A stretch of 64,000 nucleotides of DNA from Candidatus Falkowbacteria bacterium (GTDB taxonomy: Bacteria > Patescibacteriota > Patescibacteriia > Patescibacteriales > UBA12075). Below, piece by piece: positions 25,262-34,208 of the stretch. The stretch covers positions 1,587 to 65,586 of the forward strand of contig JAZDLN010000029.1 of the NCBI GenBank assembly GCA_043801965.1, in the 5' to 3' direction. Under the pieces are notes generated by a model, which worked only from the letters and a program-made list of their open reading frames with translations, was not told where the DNA came from and made no database searches. Both the position numbers and the translations under genes were made by a program. Numbering within the stretch: position 1 is the first letter of the stretch; every line of letters starts with the position of its first letter.

Positions 25262-25549
25262 ATGACTATCGGACCGCTCGAAATAATGCTGATCGCTTCA
25301 ACGTTGTTGGAGTTTAATCCGCTCCTGCAGGCGATAAAAATCATAAAGCTTAAACGGGCCAAGGACGTATCTTTGTGGACGTACGTTATGATCCTGGCGA
25401 TCGGCGCGATGTGGTTGCTTTACGGAATTAAAATTAATAGCCTGCCGCTTATTATCGGCAACGCGATTAAATTATTCGCGAGCCTAACCGTTACGGTTGT
25501 CTATCTTAAATATAGGGAGCCGAAATCAGAGATCAGACAACGCGTTTAA
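25262..25549 (+). CDS. SemiSWEET / PQ-loop family transporter
   Basis: About 95 aa with three TM helices and NPLLQAIKIIKLKRAKDVSLWTY (PQ-loop-like motif). Start at the ATG at 25262. Confidence 0.6.
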   Translation: MTIGPLEIMLIASTLLEFNPLLQAIKIIKLKRAKDVSLWTYVMILAIGAMWLLYGIKINSLPLIIGNAIKLFASLTVTVVYLKYREPKSEIRQRV

Positions 25550-25574
25550 AAAAAGTTTAGCGATTGTTTTTATT

Positions 25575-26141
25575 ATGAAAAACCGAAAGCAACTTATAAT
25601 GATCATTATAATTTTTTTGTTTGGGTGTTTTTTGATAATCGAATCTTTTTCATATTTGTCAGCAAAAAATTATTGTTTGACTAATAACGCTTTGTCTTTT
25701 CAAATTTTCTTTGAACCAGCGGCCAGCCAATCAGAGATAAACGGATATATTGAAGAAATAAAGAATATGCATGAGGTGGCGGACATACAAAGCAAAGATC
25801 AAAACGAAACCCATAATGAATTTACCGCCAGACATCAGAATAATCAGCGGATTCAGGACTCATTAAATGAACTTGATTTTAACCCCCTGTCTTCTTCTGT
25901 TATTATTAAGACAAAACACATTATCATGGAAGATTATCTTAAAACAAAACAAGAAATACTAGACTTGGCAAACGAAAAAAAATTATACATTGAAGCGCAA
26001 CAGGACATAAACCTTGTTTATAAGCACAACGAGCTCAACATAGTAAAAAAAGCATCCATATTTAAAGATTTACCGTTTTATATTTTTAATGGTGGCTATA
26101 ATTTTTTTGCGGATAACTATAGCCCGATTTGTGATAAATAA
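25575..26141 (+). CDS. Membrane-anchored protein with an FtsX-extracellular-domain-like fold
   Basis: N-terminal TM segment. FQIFFEPAASQSEINGYIEEIKNMHEVADIQSKDQNETHNEF...NPLSSSVIIKTK resembles the FtsX ECD pattern, but no permease domain follows. Confidence 0.35.
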   Translation: MKNRKQLIMIIIIFLFGCFLIIESFSYLSAKNYCLTNNALSFQIFFEPAASQSEINGYIEEIKNMHEVADIQSKDQNETHNEFTARHQNNQRIQDSLNELDFNPLSSSVIIKTKHIIMEDYLKTKQEILDLANEKKLYIEAQQDINLVYKHNELNIVKKASIFKDLPFYIFNGGYNFFADNYSPICDK

Positions 26142-26308
26142 TAAACCGCTAAGATATTTAAAGGGTAAAAAAATATTTATTTACATCGCCCTGATGAAAC
26201 CCGAGGCTCGACCGCTAAAAAAACTTTTCGAACCGAAAGACAAGGTTTTCTAAAAAGGTTACGCTTTAGATAATAAAAAACCCGGAATTGATTTCCGGGT
26301 TTTGGGTT

Positions 26309-27223
26309 TTAATTTATTACCATTAACGGTAATCCGTAATATTCAAAGGGCGAATTACGCGTTTCATAATGTTTTTTAAAGCAAATAGTCGCTTTATTGT
26401 GATTCAGCTCATGATGACACGTAAACAATACGATCTCATGCCACGCCTTTGTTTCAGTGGTTTCGCAAAAAGTTTCTGTTCTGATGAATACGTTACGCTT
26501 CGATCTGTGGCTCTCGGGGGCCGGCAACATTCGGCCATTGGCGTAACTATGACCGGCGAAATTCGAGAAGAACAGGAAGGCTGTTTGTGATAGGGTGGCG
26601 TATTCAGGCGTACAGAAAAGCCTTATTTCTTCAAAACGGTTTATTAGTTTTTTGATATGATCGCTATACAGACCCTCTGCCCTACTATACGGATACAAAA
26701 AACCATCAGGCGGAAAAAGAACCAATCGCGCTTTAAGCGGTTCTTCGTTTATCGCATTAAGAAGCGACTGGATATCGATTTTGGAATCGAATAAACCATC
26801 CTGATCAGGCAATGAACAACTCCCTGAAAACAACTGCTTCAGATCTATTTGAAAAATAACACCCGGTTGCCAACAAAATCCCGTTTCGAAAGCTGACAGA
26901 TCGGATTTATACTTTTTGGGCACCTTCGAAGCGGCCTCGCTGATTTGTTTAAATGTATATCCGCAGCGCATAAGCATAAGGATCGAGCCGTAGGCCATAT
27001 CCTTAAAGCATTCCGGCAGCCAATCAAGGCCGCATTCTCCAGTAAGACCGTCCCGGACCCAATTTTTATAATTATTTCTTCTTATTCCGCTTTTCATAAT
27101 AACACCCAAATCATCCGTATGGCGATGATGATCTAAGGCTCCCTGCAGACCCATTACCGAAAAATTACCGATTACCTTTTCCCGAAAATGCGTTTCGATG
27201 TTCCAGGCATCCGCTTTTTTCAT
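26309..27223 (-). CDS. Hypothetical protein (304 aa)
   Basis: ATG at 27221-27223 preceded by GGAAGGAGAG. Intrinsic terminator (AACCCGGA...TCCGGGTT + T-run on the minus strand) at about 26280-26300. No motif recognised. Confidence 0.6.
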   Translation of the reverse strand: MKKADAWNIETHFREKVIGNFSVMGLQGALDHHRHTDDLGVIMKSGIRRNNYKNWVRDGLTGECGLDWLPECFKDMAYGSILMLMRCGYTFKQISEAASKVPKKYKSDLSAFETGFCWQPGVIFQIDLKQLFSGSCSLPDQDGLFDSKIDIQSLLNAINEEPLKARLVLFPPDGFLYPYSRAEGLYSDHIKKLINRFEEIRLFCTPEYATLSQTAFLFFSNFAGHSYANGRMLPAPESHRSKRNVFIRTETFCETTETKAWHEIVLFTCHHELNHNKATICFKKHYETRNSPFEYYGLPLMVIN

Positions 27224-27453
27224 GTTACTCTCCTTCCGCTTGGCCGGTATTTTCCCACGCCGCAACCCGTCGAGGCCGCCAGCGCTAGTAAGCCGGCTAG
27301 TGAAAATAAAAAGAACTACATCCCGCATTAAGACCGATTCTTAAGCGGGATAGTATAAGTTAACATATCCCGCCAAAAAAATCAAGAGTAAGGTTTCTTA
27401 CGTAAAACACCTCCCGGGGGAGGTGTTTTTGTATTTCATTGTCTATAAATCGC

Positions 27454-29430
27454 TTATCGGGCGGTTACCGAAAGAATAGGTTCGTCCGGCGCGGGCGGCG
27501 GGACCATCTTATCCGCCTCAGCGGGTATAGCGTCCGTTTCGAATTCCTCCTCCGCCGGCCAGTCGGAATTATCTTCCCACTCCTCGATCCGGCTCGCGTC
27601 TTCCGCTTTTTTAATTAAAGTTTCCGGCTGTCCCCGGTAAATAACCTCCGCCTGATCGCGGGAAATTATTTCCAAGGAAGAGACGCCCCAAACCTCAGCC
27701 CGGGAATAATCGGAAGCTCTCGCTCGCGTTCTGTCCGCGGATAACCCGAAAGCGGACAGACGGCTGCCGTTCTCGAGATCAGCCTTAAGTTCGGCGGCCT
27801 TTCCGGAAAATTCACTTCGCGACCAGGACGACTGGGCAATCTCGATCCGGTCGGCCTTAATATCTTTTGTTTCCAGCCGGGCGCCTCCATCCATTTTAAT
27901 ATTAAGAGCGCCTACTTCTCCGGTAAGCTCGAGCCGGCTGGATACGCCGCTTAAAACGCCGGTTATGCTTTGCCCTTCGGGTTCTATCTTCGCTTCCGCC
28001 GATTCACCCAGACTAACGTACAGATTATCGGCAAACTCGGCGATATCGGCCTTGGCTCTATTTATGCCGACAAAGGATTCAAGGCTCGGCATGGTAATTT
28101 CCCCGCTGATCTCCCGCTCGAAGCAGAATACGCAGAAACCGCCGCGGCGTACGGATTTTTCCGTAACCTGCAGCTGCCCCTCTTCGATTTCGAATTCAAG
28201 ACGGTCCAGGTCGGATCCGCGTCCGGTTAAAACGATCGAAAAATCACTTCCGGGACGGATTTTTATTTTCGTGTTTCCTCCTAAATATAGTTTCGAAAAA
28301 TCCCGGTAATCGAAACTCCTGGTTTCGGTTTCCCGAACAGCCGTCTCTTCCATCCATGTTTTGAACCTGGGTACGAGATCGCCCGCCGCGACTACGCTCC
28401 CCACGATCGATAGCATCCAGATGCCGACCAGAATACCGCTCGCTATAGGCGCGAACGCGTTCTTTCGCCTGATCATGGTAATACTTAGGAATGACAGGAA
28501 AACCAAAGGCACGAAAACCGTAAAATATATCGAAAGCGTCGCCAGGTAATAGAACGGGTCGGAAGCAAGTTCGTTAAGCGGCACGTCGGAACGTATGAAA
28601 GGAGAACCGATATGGAGGATCATGGCCCCGAGCGCTATTGTCAATCCTAAAATAGCCGCCAGCGTCGCCAATAAGAACACCACTCCGAAAAAAATACTTA
28701 GGACCGGAAAAACGACAGAGATGATTTTTTTAAAGACGAGAAATATCCGTTCGATCACGCGAATCGGAAAGTTAAGCACCTGATACCACCTTTTGTCGCT
28801 CCTGATCTTTTTTAAGGCCTCTTTACCCTCCCGGCCGATCATCTTTGATTTCTGCTTAACCGCCTCCTGGATCTCGGCAAGATTTACCGGCCGGCCGCGC
28901 ATTTCGAGTTTTTGCGCGCCGGTCTTGGCGACCGGCATGATCATCCATAGAACCACATAGACCAATATGCCGATACCGTTAAAGAAGGTAAAAATAATGA
29001 AAAGCAGGCGGACAAAAATCGGATCGACGCCGAAGTAAACGGCTAATCCTGAACAGACACCGGCCACCACGATATCGTCCGAGTTGCGGTAAAGTCTTTT
29101 TTTAGCAGGCTCTTCCGTGTCGCCTTCAGCGCGGCTATCTGTTTTTTTTCCGTCTATTTCCTCTTCTTCCTTGGCAATCTCTTCGATCGTACCCATAATT
29201 CCGATAATTTCCTCAACGTCTTTTAGGGTAACGACTTTTTTCCGGGCGTCTACGCGGGCACTGAATTTTTCGGCGATACTGGACTCGATGTCGTCGGCGA
29301 TCTCCTCGCCTTCCGATGGGGTCTGATAATGTTTCTTGATAGATTCAAGATAAGCGCTAAGCTTTTCATAGGCGTCTTCTTCCAGGATGAAAACAAGGCC
29401 GCCTAAAGTGATGTTTATTGTTTTTTCCAT
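27454..29430 (-). CDS. PspC-domain membrane protein with a long extracytoplasmic beta-rich C-terminal domain
   Basis: LYRNSDDIVVAGVCSGLAVYFGVDPIFVRLLFIIFTFFNGIGILVYVVLWMIMP is the PspC domain. Several further TM helices are present. Confidence 0.8.
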   Translation of the reverse strand: MEKTINITLGGLVFILEEDAYEKLSAYLESIKKHYQTPSEGEEIADDIESSIAEKFSARVDARKKVVTLKDVEEIIGIMGTIEEIAKEEEEIDGKKTDSRAEGDTEEPAKKRLYRNSDDIVVAGVCSGLAVYFGVDPIFVRLLFIIFTFFNGIGILVYVVLWMIMPVAKTGAQKLEMRGRPVNLAEIQEAVKQKSKMIGREGKEALKKIRSDKRWYQVLNFPIRVIERIFLVFKKIISVVFPVLSIFFGVVFLLATLAAILGLTIALGAMILHIGSPFIRSDVPLNELASDPFYYLATLSIYFTVFVPLVFLSFLSITMIRRKNAFAPIASGILVGIWMLSIVGSVVAAGDLVPRFKTWMEETAVRETETRSFDYRDFSKLYLGGNTKIKIRPGSDFSIVLTGRGSDLDRLEFEIEEGQLQVTEKSVRRGGFCVFCFEREISGEITMPSLESFVGINRAKADIAEFADNLYVSLGESAEAKIEPEGQSITGVLSGVSSRLELTGEVGALNIKMDGGARLETKDIKADRIEIAQSSWSRSEFSGKAAELKADLENGSRLSAFGLSADRTRARASDYSRAEVWGVSSLEIISRDQAEVIYRGQPETLIKKAEDASRIEEWEDNSDWPAEEEFETDAIPAEADKMVPPPAPDEPILSVTAR

Positions 29431-29439
29431 ATGTGTATT

Positions 29440-29847
29440 TTATTTACGCAAAAAAGTGATTTTACTGAGATCGCGGGCGCTTTCGTTATCCTTCTGGTCC
29501 ATGAATTTATCCGTAAGCGATTCGATCGACCCCCGAAGCGATCGCCAGGTGGCGGTCAACTGCTCAAGCGTTTTCCGCCCCGTATCAGTCAGGGAATAAT
29601 ATTTTCGGGGCGGGCCGCTCTGCGATTCTTCCCAGTCATAAGATAAAAGCGCGGAATTCTTAAGCCGCGTCAAGAGCGGGTAGATCGTTCCCTCGACCAC
29701 GATAAGATTCGCCTCCTTTAGGGCCCGCAATATATCCGACGAATAAACTTTTCCCCGGGATATCACGAGCAATATGCAGTACTCAAGTATACCTTTGCGC
29801 ATTTGCGCCTTTGTGTTTTCCGTGTTGATTTCCAGGTTCGGTTTCAT
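29440..29847 (-). CDS. PadR-family transcriptional regulator
   Basis: MRKGILEYCILLVISRGKVYSSDILRAL...VEGTIYPLLTRLKNSALL...RKYYSLTDTGRK. Confidence 0.85.
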   Translation of the reverse strand: MKPNLEINTENTKAQMRKGILEYCILLVISRGKVYSSDILRALKEANLIVVEGTIYPLLTRLKNSALLSYDWEESQSGPPRKYYSLTDTGRKTLEQLTATWRSLRGSIESLTDKFMDQKDNESARDLSKITFLRK

Positions 29848-30061
29848 ATATTTGCTAAATTATTTATATTTCCAGTATAGCACAGATTACTATGTATTGC
29901 AAGGTAGTGGGCTATATAATTATTTAAATATTTAATTTTAGCTAATAAAACACCTAAAAAATTATTTTTGTAAACTTAGTTTTTCTTTATATTTTTTTTA
30001 TGAAAAATTTATATTTTTTTTATGATTTCTTCATGACCATTGTGTTACAATAAAACCAGCG

Positions 30062-30142
30062 CGCAAAACACGCAACACCGAACGGGTCCGCGCGGGAATT
30101 TAGTTTCCCGCGTCCGCTGTTTCAAGTGTTGCGTGTTTGCCA
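30062..30142 (+). promoter_or_regulatory. Long imperfect hairpin in the 5' leader of the ComEA/LTD gene
   Basis: Outer perfect 13-bp stem AAACACGCAACAC (30066-30078) / GTGTTGCGTGTTT (30126-30138) and inner 8-bp stem CGCGGGAA/TTCCCGCG. It lies just downstream of TGtTACAAT (30043-30051). Confidence 0.5.
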
Positions 30143-30202
30143 TTTTTAGCGCTCTTCACTGACTCCGGAAAGGTTTTTTAAAGGTCTATAATAAAATATG
30201 AT

Positions 30203-32887
30203 ATGAAAACAACCATATCCATAATACTCCTGTCTTTGTTCGGGATAGGATTTTTTTATTGCCCGTCGGCGATGTCGGACGGACCAATCGATATAAATAA
30301 GGCGTCTTTGGAAGAATTAGATTCCCTGCCCGGCATCGGTTCGGCCAAAGCGCTCTCTATAATCGATTATCGGCAGAGCGTGGGGCTTTTTACCGCGATC
30401 GAAGATATTATGAACGTGCCGGGAATCGGCCAATCCACCTTCGACGGCTTTAAGGATTTGATTTGCGTGAATTGCCCGGCAACGGACCCGGAAACGTCTG
30501 ACAAAACTCCAAATGAAGGGAATACCGCCGCTTTCGAAGAAAATAGCTCCGTCCGGCACGAATATAAAGCGGGCGATATCATCATAAACGAGCTAATGAC
30601 CGCGCCCGAAGACGGAGAAGCGGAATGGGTGGAATTATTTAACGCCTCCGATAGCGCTATCGATCTTTCCGGCTGGACCCTCCTTGACGGCGGCGAGCGG
30701 AAAACAGAGCTCGAGGGAATTATCGGGTCAAGGGAGATGTTGGTTAAAGAAGATATCGCGGGCAACCTCAATAACAGCGGCGATAGCCTGCGGCTTTTGG
30801 GTCCAATGGGGAGCCTCATCGACGAAGTCGTTTACGGTAATTGGGATGACGGCAATACGGAAGATAATTCTCCCGCGCCGGGCGCGAACCAAAGCCTGGC
30901 GCGGGACGGCGTTCTTTTTATCCTGACCGGTACGATAACGCGGGGAGAGGAAAATATTATAACAACCGCCCCTAAGGAGCCTCAAGCCGAAGAACAACCA
31001 TTTATTTCCGAGGTCTTTCCCGCGCCCTTGGGCAGTCCATCCGGGGAATTCATCGAGCTTTATAATCCGGGCGAAACAACGCTTGATCTTTCCGATTGGA
31101 GCCTATCCGATGATTCCGGACGGGAATTTGTTATGGCCGGACAAATTCTTGAATCTAAAGGTTGTCTGACGATTTGGCGCGAAGAAAGCTTTCTGGCTTT
31201 AGATAACGACGGGGATAGCATAATTTTTAAAAACGCTGACAACCGCATTATCCAGAAATTAACCTATAAAATCTCGCCCCCGGGCGAAAGCTGGAGCCGG
31301 AAAGAGGACGGGAAGTATTCCTGGACCCGGCTGGTCACCCCTGGCCGCGTTAACGAGTTTTCGCCGGTAAACGAGACTCCGACAGTCGATTTCGACGCGC
31401 CGTCCGAAGCGTATCCGGGCGAACCGGTGATATTCGACGGCGGCGACACGCTTGATGCCGAAAATGACGAATTGGATTTTCTTTGGGATTTCGGCGACGG
31501 ATCAAAAAGCGGCCTTAAGGTCGCCGAGCATACTTTTTTCGTTAGTGGTGATTTTAACGTCACGCTGACGGTCAAAGACGGCGCCAACGAAGCAAAAAAA
31601 GAGCAACCCATTAAAATAATCCCGACGGAAGCGGCCGTTTTCCCCGGAATTGAAACGGAAGGCTGGTCCGAAGAAATACCCGATATTATCATTAACGAAT
31701 TTTTGCCGGATCCGGACGGCGGGGATGAAGCGGAGTTCATCGAACTTTATAACCGCGGCGGGATTCGCGTGAATCTGCTTAACTGGGTGCTCGATGACGG
31801 CGAAGACGGTAGCCGGCCGCACGCCTTTAAGGAAGATTTCTGGATCGCGAGCAGTGCTTACGTTTCCGTCGGACGGGAAGAGAGCGGTCTGGCCCTTAAT
31901 AACGGCGGCGACTTCGTGCGCTTATTCGATGTCGGCGGCCGAACAATCGACGAAGTCGAGTACGGAAAAGCGGGCGCGGGCGAGGCCTATGCCCGTGGGG
32001 AGAACGATAAATGGTTCTGGACGACCGCGCCGACGCCAAACGGCAAAAACGTTATCCTCCTGTCCGATTCGACCGCTTTTGAAGTTTCGGGCAGAATATC
32101 CGCCGGGACGGCGGTTAAATCGGAACCGGAAGATAAAAATATCATTGAAACCACGCCGGTCCTGGCGAAAAATTTCGAAGCCGGTGATCTCCTGCGTGTT
32201 TTAGGGGTTATCGCGGTCCTGCCGGGCGTTTTAGGAACGCAATATTTCTATATAACCGGCGAAGACGGCGGCGGTATCCAGATATATAATTATAAAAAGG
32301 ATTTTCCCCGCTTTAACATCGGCGATTATATCGCTGTTTTAGGGGAGCTCGCGATTACGAACGGCGAATTACGTTTAAAGACAAAAGAGGCGGCCGACAT
32401 GGAAATACTGGAACGCCGGGAAGAACCGAAAGCCGAAAACGTCGCCTGCGCCGAGGTCGACGAAAGCTTTTTGGGCAGCCTTGTCGCGGTCACGGGCGAA
32501 ATCGTGGAAAAGCAAGGCTCGTCCCTGTTCTTGGACGACGGCACGGACGAAATAAAAATATTCTTAAGCCAGGGAAGCGGCATTGAGGCCGCGACGATCG
32601 AAGAGGGCGATCGGGCAAGCGTAACCGGAATTTTAAACGCCGTTAAAACCGGTTTAAGGCTTATGCCGCGCTTTCCGGATGATATTGTAAAAAAAGACAT
32701 CGAAACGTCCGCTGATGAAACTGAGGTCGAAGAAGCGGGACAAGTGCTCGGAGAGATCGCTCCCGGCAAAGAATGGGAACTCTCCGCCCGCGACAAAAAA
32801 CTCGAGCTCTTCCGCTACCTTCTTATTATCGCGGGGACGGTGATCGCGGTCCTGGTCGGACTACTTGTAAAGTTAGGAAGAAAATAA
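30203..32887 (+). CDS. Cell-surface DNA-binding protein: ComEA-like helix-hairpin-helix + three lamin-tail domains + PKD domain + OB-like domains + C-terminal TM anchor
   Basis: INKASLEELDSLPGIGSAKALSIIDYR...NVPGIGQSTF is the (HhH)2 region. There are three copies of the LTD signature I-[IS]-E-x-x-x-x-P...EF[IV]EL[FY]N...DLS-x-W-x-L-x-D. DFLWDFGDGSKS...NVTLTVKDG is the PKD domain. The C-terminal hydrophobic segment is LLIIAGTVIAVLVGLLV. Confidence 0.8.
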   Translation: MKTTISIILLSLFGIGFFYCPSAMSDGPIDINKASLEELDSLPGIGSAKALSIIDYRQSVGLFTAIEDIMNVPGIGQSTFDGFKDLICVNCPATDPETSDKTPNEGNTAAFEENSSVRHEYKAGDIIINELMTAPEDGEAEWVELFNASDSAIDLSGWTLLDGGERKTELEGIIGSREMLVKEDIAGNLNNSGDSLRLLGPMGSLIDEVVYGNWDDGNTEDNSPAPGANQSLARDGVLFILTGTITRGEENIITTAPKEPQAEEQPFISEVFPAPLGSPSGEFIELYNPGETTLDLSDWSLSDDSGREFVMAGQILESKGCLTIWREESFLALDNDGDSIIFKNADNRIIQKLTYKISPPGESWSRKEDGKYSWTRLVTPGRVNEFSPVNETPTVDFDAPSEAYPGEPVIFDGGDTLDAENDELDFLWDFGDGSKSGLKVAEHTFFVSGDFNVTLTVKDGANEAKKEQPIKIIPTEAAVFPGIETEGWSEEIPDIIINEFLPDPDGGDEAEFIELYNRGGIRVNLLNWVLDDGEDGSRPHAFKEDFWIASSAYVSVGREESGLALNNGGDFVRLFDVGGRTIDEVEYGKAGAGEAYARGENDKWFWTTAPTPNGKNVILLSDSTAFEVSGRISAGTAVKSEPEDKNIIETTPVLAKNFEAGDLLRVLGVIAVLPGVLGTQYFYITGEDGGGIQIYNYKKDFPRFNIGDYIAVLGELAITNGELRLKTKEAADMEILERREEPKAENVACAEVDESFLGSLVAVTGEIVEKQGSSLFLDDGTDEIKIFLSQGSGIEAATIEEGDRASVTGILNAVKTGLRLMPRFPDDIVKKDIETSADETEVEEAGQVLGEIAPGKEWELSARDKKLELFRYLLIIAGTVIAVLVGLLVKLGRK

Positions 32888-32920
32888 TTGTTTATTTTTA
32901 AAATAGCCCGGCTTTATCGC

Positions 32921-33185
32921 TTGTATGCGCGGTTTTTCCTTGGTATAATATAAATCCCACGTTTTAATCAGTGAACGAAATTCTTTTATCATGAAAAACC
33001 ACGCTAAAGTCGGAAATCGCAACGGGCGGCCGGGCTACCGGACACCGTCCGGTTTCCGCGCTAATCACGCCTTAAAAGTCGGCGGCCGGAAAGAGAGACT
33101 GCCTTTTGATAATTTTTCGTCCTCTCCTGGCAAATACGGAAGTAAAAACGATTCTCGCGCATAGAACCGCCGCCGGGCGGTTTTT
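32921..33185 (+). other. Self-contained promoter-to-terminator unit encoding either a 57-codon basic ORF (32991..33164) or a small RNA
   Basis: TTGTAT-17 nt-TATAAT with an extended TG (32921-32949). ORF MKNHAKVGNRNGRPGYRTPSGFRANHALKVGG... has no Shine-Dalgarno sequence. Terminator ACCGCC-GCCG-GGCGGT + T5 (33166-33185). Confidence 0.4.
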
Positions 33186-33234
33186 AAATCAATAAAAAAG
33201 AGAGAGCATTTGTCTCTCTGATTTTCATTTTTAA

Positions 33235-33723
33235 CTAAAACCGATCTATGACGGCATTTACCCCCTTTATAAAGAACCGAATAATCAATATGCCGAGACC
33301 CCCCAGTCCGAGCACGGTTGCCAACAATAACACAATATACATATAGCTAAGTAATATCCCGGCCAAAATCAACAAGGCCCCGTAAAGCACGTTTAAAACA
33401 TTAAATCCGACAAGATCATGTGTTTTTTGATGTTCATATAACCACACAGCGGGCCCAACGACGAACGGAGCGAAAACAATATCCCAGAAACGGTTAAGGA
33501 GCCAGGGGTACGATTCCCTTATCCATGGAGCGAAGAAATACATATTCATCTCAAAACAGTATTTTCCCGTAGTAGAATAATATATTCCCCAGAACAAGGC
33601 GGCTAAGGCCGCCGTAACGATAGACCACCCGATGGCCCGTTTGAGTTCCTGTGTTAAATATAATTGTCCTGAAATAAAGTAATTTAATCTTTGGAAAAGA
33701 GTGAGCCTTCCTTCTTTTGACAT
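33235..33723 (-). CDS. Integral membrane hypothetical protein
   Basis: 162 aa with about 4 TM helices. No motif recognised. Confidence 0.5.
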   Translation of the reverse strand: MSKEGRLTLFQRLNYFISGQLYLTQELKRAIGWSIVTAALAALFWGIYYSTTGKYCFEMNMYFFAPWIRESYPWLLNRFWDIVFAPFVVGPAVWLYEHQKTHDLVGFNVLNVLYGALLILAGILLSYMYIVLLLATVLGLGGLGILIIRFFIKGVNAVIDRF

Positions 33724-33891
33724 CGCGATCCTCCTGTGTGATTTTAGTAATAAAGAGCGGAATATTTTTTTAATTATATAGAATACTAAATAATAGGAAA
33801 TATTTATAAATTTGTCAAGAAGTCCGTGTAATATGTAAGAGCGTTTGACGGTTTTTAGAATAAAAAATCCCGAAATTTCGGGATTGTTTTT

Positions 33892-34185
33892 TTAAAAAAA
33901 TATGTCCGACCGATCGCCCTGGTCGTTATAAATGGCCATTTCCCCTTCGCCCTGTTCCTCGTCAAACCACCACAATAGCGTCAGGATGGTCGCGGCGTTA
34001 TCGGCGCTAAGCGCGTCTTCTTCAATTTGGAAATATTCATCTCCCTTTATTACCACCGCCCGGAATTTCCCGGGAGCGGCCGCGCGTTCGGATTCGGCTA
34101 GTTGCCTGATTTTCGGTTTTTCTTTGTCGTTGTATTTTCGGTTGATCTCGTCAAGCTCGGCAAGCTCATCTTTATCGGGATGCAT
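33892..34185 (-). CDS. Acidic hypothetical protein
   Basis: 97-aa ORF preceded by AAGGAAAG, immediately downstream of the proline dehydrogenase gene. Confidence 0.45.
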   Translation of the reverse strand: MHPDKDELAELDEINRKYNDKEKPKIRQLAESERAAAPGKFRAVVIKGDEYFQIEEDALSADNAATILTLLWWFDEEQGEGEMAIYNDQGDRSDIFF

Positions 34186-34208
34186 GCTTCTTTCCTTCTG
34201 GCAATGGG

